64,000 nucleotides of DNA from the NCBI GenBank assembly GCA_902517895.1, contig CABYEA010000002.1, forward strand, positions 9,685 through 73,684. The letters are read 5' to 3'. Of this stretch, positions 47,908-57,392 are shown in pieces. This stretch comes from an uncultured Bacteroidota bacterium. Its GTDB lineage: Bacteria > Bacteroidota > Bacteroidia > Flavobacteriales > Flavobacteriaceae. The number at the start of each line of letters is the position of its first letter. The first letter of the stretch is position 1. Made by a program: the position numbers and the translations under genes. Under the pieces are notes generated by a model. The model was not told where the DNA came from and made no database searches. It saw nothing but the letters and a program-made list of their open reading frames with translations.

Positions 47908-49499
47908 TTATTTTTTTTCACCCTTCTTAAATCTAATAAATTTGTTGCATTTATTTCCATTCCAACTACATTTTTGGAAACAAACCTTATCACCTCATCA
48001 TAAAACAATGGAACTATAATAGATTTAGATGAAATTATTGAATCTAGCTTAGAGTAAATCAATTTAGATTTTTCTGGTTCAGTTTCTCTTAACGAATTTT
48101 CATAAATCTTATCATACTCATAATCGCTGAAATGAGTATAATTTGGCCCATTTGGTGCAAAATTTTTGCTGTAGAACAGAGATAGGTAGTTTTCTGCATC
48201 AGGGTAATCAGCAATCCAACTGGCTCTAAAGAAATCCAATTTTCCGTTAGCTTTAGCTTGTTTTAATGCAGATCCTGGAATAACGTCTATAATAATTTCA
48301 ATACCCAGCTTTTCAAGTTCTTTTTGAATAAATTCACAAAAATCCAGATAATTACTGGATGTTGTAAGCTTGAGAGAAGGTGACATATTAAATTGTTCCT
48401 TAAATTTCTTAACATAACTTTTTGCGAGTTCTGGATTATATTTATTTATATTATTTTCTTTGTAACCAGGTAATCCAACTGGAATAAAACCAGCATTCGC
48501 AGGAATACCAACACCATTCCTCAAAAATTTTATCATCTTTCTTTTGTCGAATCCAATATTTATGGCTTTTCTTATCAAATCTGATTTAATTTCATTTTTT
48601 TCAGATTCCATAAAAAATGCTAAATATTCAGTGTTTAAGTATGGGCCACGTAACATGTTAATTTTATTTCCATAATTTTCATTTAACTCACCATAACTGC
48701 TCATTATTTCGTCTTTATAAGAATTGTCAAGTCCAGAAATAAAATCAACTTTACCTTTTACCAACTGTAAAAATTCACTTTGTTTTTCTGGAAGAAAGGT
48801 AACCGAAACAGCTTCTAGGTAAGGTAATTGTGATCCATTAAGATCCTTCTGAAAATAATCATTGTTTTTTCTCAAAACTAGCTTGATATTTTCTTCCCAT
48901 CTTTTGAATTTAAAAGGTCCTGTACCTATTGGATTTGATCTAAAGTCTTCTTTGTAATACTCCACAATATCTTTAGGTACAACAGAGCAGTACTTCATAG
49001 TTAGTATTCCTAAAAAAGCATTAAAGGGAAATTTTAGTTCGATTTCAAATATTGAATCATTTTTAGCTTTGAAATTGTTTACTTTATCAAATACCCATCT
49101 GCCAGGAGATGCGTTTTTAGGGTCTAATAATCTGTTAAAACTATATTCAAAATCATAAGCGGTAACATTTCTTTTCTTAAGTCTTGGGTGAGAATGAAAT
49201 TTAACTGTTGTATCAATTTTAAAAGAATAAATTTTACCATTTTCTGAAATTTTCCAACTTTTTGCTATAGATGGGGCAACATTTAATTGATTATCCATTT
49301 CTACAAGCCCATTAAATAGTTGGTTTACCGCTTGAATGTTTGCAATATCTTTGGCAAAAATCGGATCTAATGAATTAATATTTTTATGCTCATTATATCT
49401 AAACACAGTACTTTCATTTATTAAATTTCTGTCTTCACAAGAGCAAATGGAGATAACTATTATTAATATTATCGTAAATATGTTTTGTTTAAATATCAA
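47904..49499 (-). CDS. family-5 (peptide/nickel type) ABC substrate-binding lipoprotein, no adjacent permease or ATPase
   Basis: 531 aa with the lipobox IIVISICSC. SBP_bac_5-like segments include SLDP..A.D, LVEMDNQLNVAPSIAKSW and GTGPFKF. Confidence 0.8.
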   Translation of the reverse strand: MIFKQNIFTIILIIVISICSCEDRNLINESTVFRYNEHKNINSLDPIFAKDIANIQAVNQLFNGLVEMDNQLNVAPSIAKSWKISENGKIYSFKIDTTVKFHSHPRLKKRNVTAYDFEYSFNRLLDPKNASPGRWVFDKVNNFKAKNDSIFEIELKFPFNAFLGILTMKYCSVVPKDIVEYYKEDFRSNPIGTGPFKFKRWEENIKLVLRKNNDYFQKDLNGSQLPYLEAVSVTFLPEKQSEFLQLVKGKVDFISGLDNSYKDEIMSSYGELNENYGNKINMLRGPYLNTEYLAFFMESEKNEIKSDLIRKAINIGFDKRKMIKFLRNGVGIPANAGFIPVGLPGYKENNINKYNPELAKSYVKKFKEQFNMSPSLKLTTSSNYLDFCEFIQKELEKLGIEIIIDVIPGSALKQAKANGKLDFFRASWIADYPDAENYLSLFYSKNFAPNGPNYTHFSDYEYDKIYENSLRETEPEKSKLIYSKLDSIISSKSIIVPLFYDEVIRFVSKNVVGMEINATNLLDLRRVKKNN

Positions 49500-49559
49500 G
49501 CTTTATTTTTTTGAGAAACATAATTAGTTGTAAATTTACAATCCTTTTAGAAGATTTAT

Positions 49560-50924
49560 ATGTCAACAAGGAAAAAAGTCGCTTTTCACACCCTAGGTTG
49601 TAAGTTAAATTTCACAGAAACTTCAACCATTGCAAGATCATTTGTAGAAAATGGTTTCGAATTAACTGATTTTTCGAAAAAAGCAGATTTTTATGTTATT
49701 AATACATGCTCTGTTACAGATAATGCAGATAAAAAGTTTAAAAATATTTTAAACAGAGCAAAAAAAAGAAATCCAAATGCATTTAATATTATTTTAGGAT
49801 GTTATGCCCAGCTAAAGCCTAAATACATTTCTGAGATTCCTGGTGTTGATTTAGTGTTAGGAGCAAATGAAAAATTTAATGTGATCGATTATATTGGGAA
49901 ACTTGATAAAGCAGATACTTTTGTTTACTCCTGTGATATTAATGATGTTAATAAATATGAAAGTAGCTACTCTGTTGATGATAGAACAAGATCATTTTTA
50001 AAAGTTCAAGACGGGTGTGACTATAAATGTACATATTGTACTATTCCGAATGCAAGGGGTATTTCAAGAAGTGATAGTCTTGAAAACATCAAAATGAATG
50101 TTTCTGAAATTGCGTCAAAAGATATAAAAGAAATTATTTTAACCGGCGTAAATATTGGAGATTATGGTAAAGGTGAATTTGGTAATAAGAAGCATGAAAC
50201 AACCTTTCTTGAGTTGATAAAAGAATTAGATTTAATACAAAACATTAATAGATTTAGAATTTCATCAATTGAGCCTAATCTACTAAAAAACGATATCATT
50301 GATTTTATTGCAACTAGCAATTTATTTGTTCCTCATTTTCATATTCCATTGCAAAGCGGTTCAAATAAGATATTAGGACTAATGAAGAGGCGATACAGAA
50401 AAGAGCTTTATGAAGACAGGATTAGATATATTCACTCGAAGATTAACGATGTTTGCATCGGAGTAGATGTGATTGTCGGCTTTCCTGGTGAAACAGATTC
50501 GGACTTTCAAGAAACATATAATTTTTTATTAAATCTAGATATATCATATTTGCATGTTTTTTCATATTCAGAAAGAGATAATACCGAAGCTTCAAATATG
50601 CTTAATTCTGTACCTAAAAATGTTAGATTTCAAAGAAGTAAAATGTTGAGATCTCTTTCCGAAAAAAAGCGTAGAATATTTTTTAATTCTCAAATTAATA
50701 GGATTAGACCTGTTTTATTTGAGTCTGAAAATAAACTTGGATATATTTACGGTTACACGGACAATTATGTAAAGGTTAGACATCCATGGAATCCTAAGCT
50801 ATCAAACAAGATTATCCAGGCTAAGCTTATAGTAATCGATAATGATGGCTTTGTACGAATTAAATTAAGTGAAAAAAAACTGAAGAAGAAAAAGCAATAT
50901 TTATATTCTTATTCCAACTGGTAG
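49560..50924 (+). CDS. mtaB: tRNA t6A37 methylthiotransferase MtaB (radical SAM)
   Basis: 454 aa. It has UPF0004 cysteines (LGCKLN, NTCSVT), the radical-SAM motif CDYKCTYC and a TRAM-like C-terminus. Confidence 0.88.
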   Translation: MSTRKKVAFHTLGCKLNFTETSTIARSFVENGFELTDFSKKADFYVINTCSVTDNADKKFKNILNRAKKRNPNAFNIILGCYAQLKPKYISEIPGVDLVLGANEKFNVIDYIGKLDKADTFVYSCDINDVNKYESSYSVDDRTRSFLKVQDGCDYKCTYCTIPNARGISRSDSLENIKMNVSEIASKDIKEIILTGVNIGDYGKGEFGNKKHETTFLELIKELDLIQNINRFRISSIEPNLLKNDIIDFIATSNLFVPHFHIPLQSGSNKILGLMKRRYRKELYEDRIRYIHSKINDVCIGVDVIVGFPGETDSDFQETYNFLLNLDISYLHVFSYSERDNTEASNMLNSVPKNVRFQRSKMLRSLSEKKRRIFFNSQINRIRPVLFESENKLGYIYGYTDNYVKVRHPWNPKLSNKIIQAKLIVIDNDGFVRIKLSEKKLKKKKQYLYSYSNW

Positions 50925-51185
50925 TAGGGACTTGTACTTTCTGTTTTTTCTGATAAACTTGGTAATAATTGCAGCTGTTGGAACAACACTTATATTCCTG
51001 TCTCGGATAATTTCTAAAACTTCTGAAATAAATTTTTCTGAAAACTCATCTTTAGACTTTATTTCAGGAACGAAAATTTTAGTTAAGAAAATCTTTCTTT
51101 CTTGTATAGAATACTCGATAATTGCTAATCCACCACCAACTTTGGTTTCAAATTGTCTTAAAAAGTTGTTGTCTACTATTTCCAT
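50901..51185 (-). CDS. small GNAT-like (YjdJ/Acetyltransf_CG type) protein
   Basis: 94 aa following the pattern N..RQFE....GGLAIIEYS...RKIFLTKIFVP. It is preferred over the overlapping plus-strand ORF 50932..51189, which is low-complexity. Confidence 0.5.
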   Translation of the reverse strand: MEIVDNNFLRQFETKVGGGLAIIEYSIQERKIFLTKIFVPEIKSKDEFSEKFISEVLEIIRDRNISVVPTAAIITKFIRKNRKYKSLLPVGIRI

Positions 51186-51214
51186 TTAACAAAACTTTAT
51201 CAAAAAGTTAAGTG

Positions 51215-51222
51215 CAAAAATA
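51215..51222 (-). promoter_or_regulatory. -7 promoter box (TATTTTTG on the minus strand) upstream of the small GNAT-like gene
   Basis: The plus strand reads CAAAAATA. The box lies 29 nt upstream of the ATG at 51185. Confidence 0.3.
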
Positions 51223-51253
51223 ATAAATTTATACTAAACCATTAATTGTCAAC

Positions 51254-51919
51254 TTGATTACACACAAAAAAACACATATATATATGATGCCGGGGTTAGC
51301 AGCTAGTTCAAAGGTTTTTGAAAATATAAAACTTGATAGTAAAAAATATTCTTTACACAGAATTGATTGGATTCAACCAAAAAAAAGTGAAAGTTTAAAT
51401 TCTTATTGTGTCAGATTGTCTAAAAAAATAAAACACAAAAATCCAATTTTATTAGGCGTATCTTTTGGTGGAATTATTGTTCAAGAGCTTGAAAAAATTA
51501 TAAATGTGAAAAAGCTGATTATTGTTTCAAGTGTAAAAAGTCATAAAGAATATCCAATTCTTTACAAAATTGCAAGAGATTATCAGCTTAACAACGCTCT
51601 TCCATTCGGTATGTTTGATAACTTCATCAAGTTTTCACTTAAACTCAACATAAATAAATTGTACAAGAGAATTGATCTTGCCGAAAGATATTTAACGGAA
51701 AGAAATGAAATTTATCTTGAATGGGCAGTTCGGAGTCTTTTAAACTGGAAACAAGAAAAATATAGAACAGATTTAATACACATTCATGGAGATAAAGACA
51801 AAGTATTCCCAATTGAAAACATTTCAAATTGTATAAAAATTTTGGAAGGAAGACATGAAATGATAATATTAAAAGCAAAGTGGTTTAATGAAAACTTACC
51901 TTTATTAATTGAAAATTAA
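51254..51919 (+). CDS. alpha/beta-hydrolase fold protein
   Basis: 221 aa. It has HIYMMPGLAASSKVFE, the nucleophile-elbow-like LLGVSFGG and a late HGDKD. The start is either TTG at 51254 or ATG at 51284. Confidence 0.55.
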   Translation: MITHKKTHIYMMPGLAASSKVFENIKLDSKKYSLHRIDWIQPKKSESLNSYCVRLSKKIKHKNPILLGVSFGGIIVQELEKIINVKKLIIVSSVKSHKEYPILYKIARDYQLNNALPFGMFDNFIKFSLKLNINKLYKRIDLAERYLTERNEIYLEWAVRSLLNWKQEKYRTDLIHIHGDKDKVFPIENISNCIKILEGRHEMIILKAKWFNENLPLLIEN

Positions 51920-51923
51920 AAAT

Positions 51924-52493
51924 TTACCTTCTCCTCATATTATTTCTACCGAAATGCTGATTTGGAATATTTGTTTTTCTCATTTGATTCTTCATCATTT
52001 TGATTTGATCAGTTAACATTCCGTTTTTATCTAGATCTTGAGCTTCTTTTAGTAGTTTTTGTGCTTCAATTTTTCTTCTTTTAGTAAAAAGTATTCCAGC
52101 TAAATTTAATTTGGCCATTGCTAAATCATGATCCATATTTAATCCAAATGATATTGCTGTACGAAAATATTTTTCAGCCTGATTCATATTTTCTTGAGAT
52201 ATTATCAGTCCTTTTAAATAATTATAATAACCCTGCTGTTTTGTTGTAAGTGCTGATTTTGGATTTTTAATTCTGTTTAACCATCTGTTAGCTCCATCCA
52301 AATTTTGCTTTCTTAATTGAAAAAATGCGAATATTAAAAATTCATTTTTAAAAAATAAAAAAACAAAAACTAATGAAAGTAAAATCAATATAATTCCATT
52401 TCCAGTAGATCCTACTGCACCATCAATAAATTGCTGAATTGATAGAGCAAAAATTAATAATGATAATACTATTTTAATATACTTGTTAAACAT
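51924..52493 (-). CDS. hypothetical membrane protein with TPR-like C-terminal half
   Basis: 189 aa with two N-terminal transmembrane helices. Helical repeats follow (YYNYLKGLIISQENMNQAEKYFRTAISFG), then a basic tail. Confidence 0.4.
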   Translation of the reverse strand: MFNKYIKIVLSLLIFALSIQQFIDGAVGSTGNGIILILLSLVFVFLFFKNEFLIFAFFQLRKQNLDGANRWLNRIKNPKSALTTKQQGYYNYLKGLIISQENMNQAEKYFRTAISFGLNMDHDLAMAKLNLAGILFTKRRKIEAQKLLKEAQDLDKNGMLTDQIKMMKNQMRKTNIPNQHFGRNNMRRR

Positions 52494-52558
52494 ATTTTTT
52501 TACAATTTAAGTCAATAAAATTAATAAAAAACAAATTGATAATTATTAAATAAATTGA

Positions 52559-52589
52559 TTTGTTTAAGTAAAAACTCTTTGTATATTTG
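52559..52589 (+). promoter_or_regulatory. Bacteroidota sigma-A type promoter for rpmH: TTTG-N19-TATATTTG
   Basis: TTTG lies at 52559-52562 and TATATTTG at 52582-52589, which is 38 nt before the ATG at 52628. Confidence 0.55.
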
Positions 52590-52627
52590 CCCGCAGTTTT
52601 AGTTTTAAAACACTTAAATAATTTAAG

Positions 52628-52786
52628 ATGCCAAAAAGAACCTTTCAGCCTTCAAAGCGTAAGAGAAAAAATAAACACGGTTTCAGAGAGAGAATGTCTA
52701 CTCCAGCCGGAAGAAAAGTGCTTTCTAGAAGAAGAGCAAAGGGTAGAAAGAAGCTTTCGGTTTCATCTGAAAACAGCCCGAAATAA
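52628..52786 (+). CDS. rpmH: 50S ribosomal protein L34
   Basis: My own translation gives [52 protein letters not shown] (52 aa). It matches the universal L34 pattern [10 protein letters not shown]...HGFR.RM.T..GR.VL..RR.KGRK.L. It is absent from the track because it is under 60 aa. Confidence 0.93.
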   Translation: MPKRTFQPSKRKRKNKHGFRERMSTPAGRKVLSRRRAKGRKKLSVSSENSPK

Positions 52787-52818
52787 AAATGATTAACAAT
52801 TGTTAATATATTATATGG

Positions 52819-52846
52819 TGTTACTAATAGTAACATCTTTTTTTTT
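52819..52846 (+). terminator. rho-independent terminator after rpmH
   Basis: The 7-bp stem TGTTACT/AGTAACA has a 3-nt loop and is followed by TCTTTTTTTTT. Confidence 0.6.
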
Positions 52847-52882
52847 ATTTTTTGATTAGTACATTTAAAAAACTTTAATTCA

Positions 52883-55735
52883 ATGCCGAAAGATACTAGC
52901 CTGAAATCTCTCCTTATAATAGGTTCTGGTCCAATCGTTATTGGTCAAGCATGTGAGTTTGATTACTCTGGATCTCAAGCTCTAAGATCTTTAAAGGAAG
53001 ATGGGATAGAAACCATATTGATTAACTCAAATCCCGCAACAATTATGACAGATCCTGTTATGGCTGATCATATATATTTACTCCCCTTAAACACATCCTC
53101 AATAGTTCAAATTTTAAAGGAGCACCCTCAAATTGACGCAGTATTGCCAACAATGGGAGGTCAAACGGCATTAAATCTTTGTATAGAAGCTGATGATAAA
53201 GGAATATGGGATGATTATAATGTAAAAATAATAGGAGTTGATATTAACGCTATTAATATTACTGAGGATAGAGAGCAGTTCAGAAATCTAATGTTAGATA
53301 TTGGGATCCCCATGGCACCTCAAGCTACAGCTACATCATATCTAAAAGGAAAGGAAATTGCCCAAAAGTTTGGATTTCCACTTGTAATTAGAGCCTCATT
53401 TACATTGGGTGGGACTGGTGCTTCTTTTGTATATGAAGAAAAAGATTTTGATGAATTATTGACAAGAGGATTAGAAACTTCACCTATACATGAGGTTATG
53501 ATTGACAAAGCGTTAATTGGGTGGAAGGAGTATGAGCTAGAATTACTAAGAGATGCTAATGATAATGTAGTTATCATTTGCTCAATCGAAAATATGGATC
53601 CAATGGGGATACATACTGGAGATTCTATCACAGTTGCACCCGCCATGACTTTGAGTGACACAACTTATCAAAAAATGAGGGATATGGCGATCAAAATGAT
53701 GAGAAGTATTGGAGATTTTGCTGGTGGATGCAATGTTCAGTTTGCAGTAAGTCCTGATGATAAAGAAGATATTATTGCAATTGAGATTAATCCTCGAGTT
53801 TCTAGATCTTCAGCTCTGGCAAGCAAGGCAACAGGATATCCTATAGCAAAAATTGCTGCAAAATTAGCTATAGGTTATAATTTAGATGAGTTGCAGAATC
53901 AAATTACAAAATCTACTTCTGCTCTCTTTGAACCTACACTAGATTATGTTATTGTTAAAATTCCAAGATGGAATTTTGATAAGTTTGAAGGAAGTGATAG
54001 AAGGTTAGGACTTCAGATGAAGGCGGTTGGCGAAGTTATGGGAATAGGTAGGTCTTTTCAGGAAGCACTTCATAAAGCAACTCAGTCTCTTGAAATTAAA
54101 AGAAATGGACTAGGTGCTGATGGTAAAGAAATTACTGACTATGAGACTATAATTTCTAAATTATCCATTGCATCATGGGATAGAGTATTTGTTATTTATG
54201 ATGCAATTCAAATGGGTATTCCGCTAAGTAGAATATACGAGCTTACTAAAATTGACATGTGGTTCCTAAAACAATATGAGGAACTCCATATTTTAAGAAA
54301 TGAAATTTCCAATTACAAGATTGATTCAATTCCTAGAGGTTTACTATTAGAAGCAAAACAAAAAGGCTACGGTGATAGACAAATTGCTCATATACTTGGT
54401 TGTTTAGAAAGTCAAGTATATTCAAAAAGGGAAGAGATGAATATCAAAAGAGTTTATAAGTTGGTTGACACTTGTGCTGCTGAATTCAAGGCCTTTACGC
54501 CATATTATTATTCAACTTTTGAAAATGAAATTGAAACAACAGACGGATCAAAATATTCAGAAAATGAAAGTTTAGTTTCTGATAAAAAGAAAATTATAGT
54601 TCTTGGATCTGGGCCTAATAGGATTGGCCAAGGTATTGAGTTCGATTATTGCTGTGTACATGGAATTTTGGCAAGCTCTGAATGTGGTTATGAAACAATT
54701 ATGATTAATTGTAATCCAGAAACAGTTTCTACCGATTTTGATATTGCTGATAAGCTATATTTTGAACCAGTTTTTTGGGAGCATATTTATGATATAATTA
54801 GACATGAAAAACCTGAAGGTGTTATTGTACAATTAGGTGGTCAGACCGCATTAAAATTAGCTGAAAAGCTTGAAAGATATGGTGTTAAAATAATTGGCAC
54901 CAATTTCAAATCTCTTGATTTAGCCGAAGATAGAGGCTCTTTCTCAACTTTATTAAAGGAAAATGATATTCCATATCCAATGTTTGATACTGCATCAACG
55001 GCTGATGAAGCACTTGCTGTTGCTGAAAAATTAGATTTTCCAATCTTGGTTAGACCCTCATATGTTCTTGGCGGCCAGGGAATGAAAATTGTAATTAATA
55101 AAGAAGAGTTAGAGGAGCATGTAGTTAATCTTTTAAGAAGAATTCCTGACAATAAACTTTTATTAGACCATTATTTAGATGGTGCAATAGAAGCTGAAGC
55201 TGATGCAATTTGTGATGGAAAAGATGTATATATAATTGGAATAATGGAGCATATTGAACCTTGTGGTATTCATTCGGGAGATAGTAATGCTTGTTTGCCT
55301 CCTTTTAATTTAGGGGATTTAGTTATTCAACAGATTAAAGACCATACTAAGAAAATAGCAAAAGCATTAAATACAGTGGGATTGATTAATGTTCAGTTTG
55401 CAATTGTCAATGATAAGGTTTATATCATTGAAGCTAATCCGCGTGCCTCAAGAACTGTTCCTTTTATCTCAAAAGCCTATAAAGAGCCCTATGTGAATTA
55501 TGCTACTAAAGTAATGCTAGGTGAAAATAAAGTAAAGGATTTTGATTTTAAGCCAACTTATAAGGGATATGCAATCAAAGAACCAGTTTTCTCGTTCAGT
55601 AAATTCCCTAATGTAAACAAAAAACTAGGGCCTGAAATGAAAAGTACTGGTGAGAGTATTTTATTTATAGATAATCTTCAGGATGATAAATTCTATGAGT
55701 TATACTCAAGACGTAAAATGTATTTAAGTAAATAG
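52883..55735 (+). CDS. carB: carbamoyl-phosphate synthase large subunit, 950-aa form without the C-terminal allosteric domain
   Basis: Two ATP-grasp halves are present (GSGPIVIGQACEFDYSG and GSGPNRIGQGIEFDYCCVH). The protein ends about 25 aa after GPEMKSTGE. Confidence 0.96.
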   Translation: MPKDTSLKSLLIIGSGPIVIGQACEFDYSGSQALRSLKEDGIETILINSNPATIMTDPVMADHIYLLPLNTSSIVQILKEHPQIDAVLPTMGGQTALNLCIEADDKGIWDDYNVKIIGVDINAINITEDREQFRNLMLDIGIPMAPQATATSYLKGKEIAQKFGFPLVIRASFTLGGTGASFVYEEKDFDELLTRGLETSPIHEVMIDKALIGWKEYELELLRDANDNVVIICSIENMDPMGIHTGDSITVAPAMTLSDTTYQKMRDMAIKMMRSIGDFAGGCNVQFAVSPDDKEDIIAIEINPRVSRSSALASKATGYPIAKIAAKLAIGYNLDELQNQITKSTSALFEPTLDYVIVKIPRWNFDKFEGSDRRLGLQMKAVGEVMGIGRSFQEALHKATQSLEIKRNGLGADGKEITDYETIISKLSIASWDRVFVIYDAIQMGIPLSRIYELTKIDMWFLKQYEELHILRNEISNYKIDSIPRGLLLEAKQKGYGDRQIAHILGCLESQVYSKREEMNIKRVYKLVDTCAAEFKAFTPYYYSTFENEIETTDGSKYSENESLVSDKKKIIVLGSGPNRIGQGIEFDYCCVHGILASSECGYETIMINCNPETVSTDFDIADKLYFEPVFWEHIYDIIRHEKPEGVIVQLGGQTALKLAEKLERYGVKIIGTNFKSLDLAEDRGSFSTLLKENDIPYPMFDTASTADEALAVAEKLDFPILVRPSYVLGGQGMKIVINKEELEEHVVNLLRRIPDNKLLLDHYLDGAIEAEADAICDGKDVYIIGIMEHIEPCGIHSGDSNACLPPFNLGDLVIQQIKDHTKKIAKALNTVGLINVQFAIVNDKVYIIEANPRASRTVPFISKAYKEPYVNYATKVMLGENKVKDFDFKPTYKGYAIKEPVFSFSKFPNVNKKLGPEMKSTGESILFIDNLQDDKFYELYSRRKMYLSK

Positions 55736-55785
55736 AACAATCTTCTTTTTTATTATTCTGTAAATTAATTGTAAATTGTTTTTAC

Positions 55786-56898
55786 ATGGATTCAATCATA
55801 TTAATATTACTGGTTTTTGTTTCAATAGTTCTAGTTTATTTGATTTATAAATCAAGTTCTTCCGCTGGTTCAATTGAATCCACTGATTTAATGAATTTTT
55901 CTAATACTCTAAATTCTCAAATTCAAGATATAAGAAAAGAAATTAGTAGTAACTCAAAGGAAAGTAGAAGTGACATAGAAGCAAAATTGAATATTATTAA
56001 CAAACAAATTAATGATTTTCAGAAATCATCTACTGATTCGATTACTCAGCAGTTTAGAGAGTCTAATAAGGTAATAAAAGATGTTACGACTGAGTTAGAA
56101 AAAATTAAGGGTACAAACGAGCAAGTTCTAAGTTTTGCAAACCAAATGAAAACCTTAGAAAAAATTCTTGGTAATCAGAAACAAAGGGGTGTTTTAGGTG
56201 AAATTCAATTGGAGAATCTACTTGCAAATGTATTACCTCCAGAACTTTTTAAAATGCAGCATTCATTCTCTAACAAAGAAACAGTTGATGCAATAGTTAG
56301 AGTTGGTGAATATGTTATTCCTATTGATGCTAAATTCTCTCTTGATAATTATAATAAAATGATTGAGTCAGAAAACAAAGATGAATTAGTTGATTTAGAA
56401 AAAAAATTCAAATCAGATATCAAGAATAGAATAGATGAAACAGCTAAATATATAAGACCAAATGAAAAAACAACAGACTATGCCTATATGTTTATTCCCG
56501 CAGATGGATTATATCAAGACTTACTAAATAGTAGAGTAGGATCTTTAAAAATTAATCAGAGAGATTTAGTCAATTATGCTTACGAAAAAAAAGTAATGAT
56601 AGTATCACCAATGAGTCTTTTCCCTATGTTACAGATAACAGTTAAAGCACTGCATAATATGAAAGTAGAAGGTTCTATTAACGATATAATTAAAAATGTT
56701 GAAAAGCTATCTAATCATCTAAATGCTTATAAAACATATCATGACAAGTTAGGAAACACCTTAGGTACCGCTGTAAATCATTATAATGATAGCACGAAAG
56801 AGTTTAAAAAAATTGATAAAGATATTATTAGGATTTCAGGAACTTCAAAATTAGAAATTAATTCAGAATCCATTGAAAAACCACAATTAGATGATTAG
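55786..56898 (+). CDS. rmuC: DNA recombination protein RmuC
   Basis: 370 aa with an N-terminal transmembrane segment and a coiled coil. The RmuC core shows RGVLGEIQLENLL, IDAKF and YMFIPADGLY. Confidence 0.85.
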   Translation: MDSIILILLVFVSIVLVYLIYKSSSSAGSIESTDLMNFSNTLNSQIQDIRKEISSNSKESRSDIEAKLNIINKQINDFQKSSTDSITQQFRESNKVIKDVTTELEKIKGTNEQVLSFANQMKTLEKILGNQKQRGVLGEIQLENLLANVLPPELFKMQHSFSNKETVDAIVRVGEYVIPIDAKFSLDNYNKMIESENKDELVDLEKKFKSDIKNRIDETAKYIRPNEKTTDYAYMFIPADGLYQDLLNSRVGSLKINQRDLVNYAYEKKVMIVSPMSLFPMLQITVKALHNMKVEGSINDIIKNVEKLSNHLNAYKTYHDKLGNTLGTAVNHYNDSTKEFKKIDKDIIRISGTSKLEINSESIEKPQLDD

Positions 56899-57392
56899 TT
56901 TAATCTACTGTGTAAAATTGAAGTGATTTTGCCAAATGAGAATTTAAATAAATATCCAAAAAACAAATCTCCAGCAATTGAATAGCCAAAGAATGGTATC
57001 GCCATTGTATAACATAGGATTAACCCTTCAATATTTTTTGGATAACCAATTATCCATGCACCAAAATTTGATATTAAAAAGAAAATAAAACTGCTTAAAA
57101 TTATATTTCCAAATTTTATTGTTTTAATCTTTGTGCCTAAAAAAACTATTGTTAAAAAGCCAGTGTAAACAAATAAATTTATCATGGAGATCCCAAGTAT
57201 TAAATCAGACAGAAATAAGATAATTAGAGGGATTGAAAAAGCGATTCTTTTATCTGAAAAATTAAGCCCACCAAATAACGCAATTGCAGCAACAGGTGAA
57301 AAATTTGGGGGATGAGGTATCAGCCGACAAATAACCCCAAAAATTATGATTATGAGGACAATTTTTTGAATTCTGTCAAATTTATTTTTCAT
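56895..57392 (-). CDS. DUF6580-like membrane protein
   Basis: 165 aa. The sequence begins RLIPHPPNFSPVAAIALFGG and contains five hydrophobic segments. Confidence 0.5.
   Translation of the reverse strand: MKNKFDRIQKIVLIIIIFGVICRLIPHPPNFSPVAAIALFGGLNFSDKRIAFSIPLIILFLSDLILGISMINLFVYTGFLTIVFLGTKIKTIKFGNIILSSFIFFLISNFGAWIIGYPKNIEGLILCYTMAIPFFGYSIAGDLFFGYLFKFSFGKITSILHSRLN

Noticed and set aside
50932-51189. An 85-aa plus-strand ORF lies opposite the small GNAT-like gene.
   Set aside because: Its composition is a low-complexity I/L/F/S-rich shadow of an AT-rich antisense frame. The minus-strand product has a recognisable small-acetyltransferase pattern and its own -7 box.
52587-52836. The track lists a 69-aa plus-strand ORF (52587..52796) and a 63-aa minus-strand ORF (52645..52836).
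   Set aside because: Both overlap the unmistakable L34 gene in other frames. Neither has recognisable motifs. The plus-strand ORF starts inside the promoter -7 box region.
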